A DNA stretch of 16,216 nt, taken from the NCBI GenBank assembly GCA_032249055.1, contig JAVVGP010000013.1, forward strand, positions 1 to 16,216. Direction: 5' to 3'. The position numbers and the translations under genes are program-made. This stretch comes from Thermoproteota archaeon (GTDB taxonomy: Archaea; Thermoproteota; Thermoprotei; Gearchaeales; Gearchaeaceae). The notes under the pieces were generated by a model. It searched no databases and had not been told where the DNA came from. It saw only the letters and a program-made list of their open reading frames with translations. Position 1 is the first letter of the stretch. The number at the start of each line of letters is the position of its first letter. Shown one piece after another: positions 14,939-16,216 of the stretch.

Positions 14939-16216
14939 ATGGGAAATGAAGCTACATTATGCATAGATGTTGGAGGTACTTTTACTGATTATGTAATGTT
15001 ATTTAATGATGAAATTATCACGTTTAAACTTCCTACAGAAACAAAGAATTTAGAAAATGTAATCTCAAATTTTTTGAATTCATTGAAAATCGATTTGAAT
15101 ATTAAAGAATTAATCTATGTATCCACAATAGCTTCAAACTTACTTTTAGGACAACTAGGTATAGCGATGCCTAAGGTTTGTTTGATAACAACAAAAGGGT
15201 TTAGAGATGTTATAGAAATAGGAAGACAAAATAGACCCGAATTATACAATTTATTCTTTGAGAAAAAGAAACCTTTAGTGGAAAGAAGATATAGATTTGA
15301 AGTAAATGAAAGAATAGATTCAAAAGGAAAAATAATTAAAGAAGTAGATGAGAAAGAAATTGAAAATATAGCAAAAATAATAATTCAAAATAAAATAGAA
15401 AGTGTTGCTATTTGCTACATTAACTCTTATGTTAATCCTTTTAACGAGTTTAAAACAAAAGAGCTTCTTAAAAAGTTAATTCCCTATAATGTTTATATAG
15501 TAACTTCATATGAAGTCTGTCCAGAAATAGGAGAATATGAAAGATTTTCCACTACTGTATTAAATGCTATATTAATGCCAGTTATGAGCTCTCATATGGA
15601 TAAATTATTGGAAGAAGCTAAAAAAAGAAAAATTAAAAAGTTTTATGTTATGGGTTCAATAGGAGGATTGTTAAGTTATGATAAAGTTTCCATGAAACCT
15701 GTTTATACTATTGAATCAGGACCGATTGCAGGCATATTAGGTTCTTTATATTTATCAAAAATTTACAATCTTGATAATGTTGTTTCTTTTGATATGGGAG
15801 GCACAACAGCTAAGAGTTCTTTAATCCAAAATTTTTCTCCTTTTATAACTACGGAATATGAATTTGATTCAAGAAGAATAGGAGGACGTTCTTTAAAAGG
15901 AACAGGTTATCCTATAAAGATTCCTTTTATAGATATTGTTGAAGTTAGTGCAGGCGGAGGAACTATCGTTTGGATAGATGAAACAAATTCTCTTAAAGTA
16001 GGGCCTTTAAGTGCAGGTGCGGATCCAGGACCTGCTTGTTATGGTAAAAGTATGATACCAACAATCACCGATGCTAATTTAATTTTAGGAAGATTGAGCG
16101 AAAAACTATTGGGTGGAAATATGATCGTTTATAAAGAAAGATCTGTTAAAGCTTTTGAAAATTTAAGTAAAAATTTAGGGTTGAGTGTCGAAGAAACAGC
16201 TTATTCTGCTATAAAA
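14939..16216 (+). CDS. hyuA: Hydantoinase A / 5-oxoprolinase / acetone carboxylase beta family protein, 3'-truncated by the window edge
   Basis: Absent from the ORF track because there is no stop in the window. Hand translation from ATG 14939 gives 426 codons without a stop: [20 protein letters not shown]...[20 protein letters not shown]...[12 protein letters not shown]...[12 protein letters not shown]...[19 protein letters not shown]...[13 protein letters not shown]. These are all classic Hydantoinase_A blocks. Confidence 0.9.
   Translation, partial: MGNEATLCIDVGGTFTDYVMLFNDEIITFKLPTETKNLENVISNFLNSLKIDLNIKELIYVSTIASNLLLGQLGIAMPKVCLITTKGFRDVIEIGRQNRPELYNLFFEKKKPLVERRYRFEVNERIDSKGKIIKEVDEKEIENIAKIIIQNKIESVAICYINSYVNPFNEFKTKELLKKLIPYNVYIVTSYEVCPEIGEYERFSTTVLNAILMPVMSSHMDKLLEEAKKRKIKKFYVMGSIGGLLSYDKVSMKPVYTIESGPIAGILGSLYLSKIYNLDNVVSFDMGGTTAKSSLIQNFSPFITTEYEFDSRRIGGRSLKGTGYPIKIPFIDIVEVSAGGGTIVWIDETNSLKVGPLSAGADPGPACYGKSMIPTITDANLILGRLSEKLLGGNMIVYKERSVKAFENLSKNLGLSVEETAYSAIK

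Noticed and set aside
1-16216. Search for tRNA/rRNA genes, CRISPR arrays, IS elements, integrases or toxin-antitoxin pairs, and for GC-rich islands that would mark structured RNAs in an AT-rich genome.
   Set aside because: I saw no GC-rich stretch longer than about 12 nt, no spaced direct repeats and no mobile-element-like ORFs. Composition looks uniform by eye, so the window appears to be ordinary core chromosome.

Overview
Strongly AT-rich, very compact archaeal chromosomal segment. First genes have TATA-like boxes about 20-35 nt upstream of the start codon and no Shine-Dalgarno motifs, suggesting mostly leaderless transcripts. The gene content (lplA, GTP-PEPCK, OsmC) looks non-methanogenic, but the lineage cannot be fixed from sequence alone. 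All calls rest on hand translation and remembered family motifs; no searches were run and GC content was not computed. I support 20 protein-coding genes: lplA (5'-truncated by the window edge), nfi, an MBL-fold hydrolase, and a tightly coupled minus-strand operon cofD / Dus-DHOD-like flavin TIM-barrel / cofC / cofE / DUF123 GIY-YIG-like. These are followed by a rhomboid protease, an agmatinase-family ureohydrolase, an 83-aa orphan and an FrhB/FdhB-family F420 iron-sulfur flavoprotein. Next comes a plus-strand unit of GTP-PEPCK / YfbR-like HD phosphohydrolase / AlkB-like 2OG-Fe(II) dioxygenase (frameshifted), then OsmC, a beta-hydroxyacid dehydrogenase, a stand-alone RAM domain, a B12-binding-like radical SAM protein and hyuA (3'-truncated). 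The ORF track misses or truncates three of these: the lplA upstream part, the C-terminal half of the AlkB-like gene, and hyuA. I found no rRNA, tRNA, CRISPR array, transposase, integrase or compositional island, so this looks like core chromosome rather than an accessory region. The best novelty candidate is the uncharacterised flavin TIM-barrel gene embedded in the F420 biosynthesis operon, a possible missing enolpyruvyl/dehydro-F420-0 reductase of archaea. Secondary points are the frameshifted AlkB-like gene coupled to pck and an HD hydrolase, a stand-alone FrhB-like protein with an orphan partner, palindromic TATA elements in divergent intergenic regions, and a PEPCK P-loop Cys-to-Ser change.
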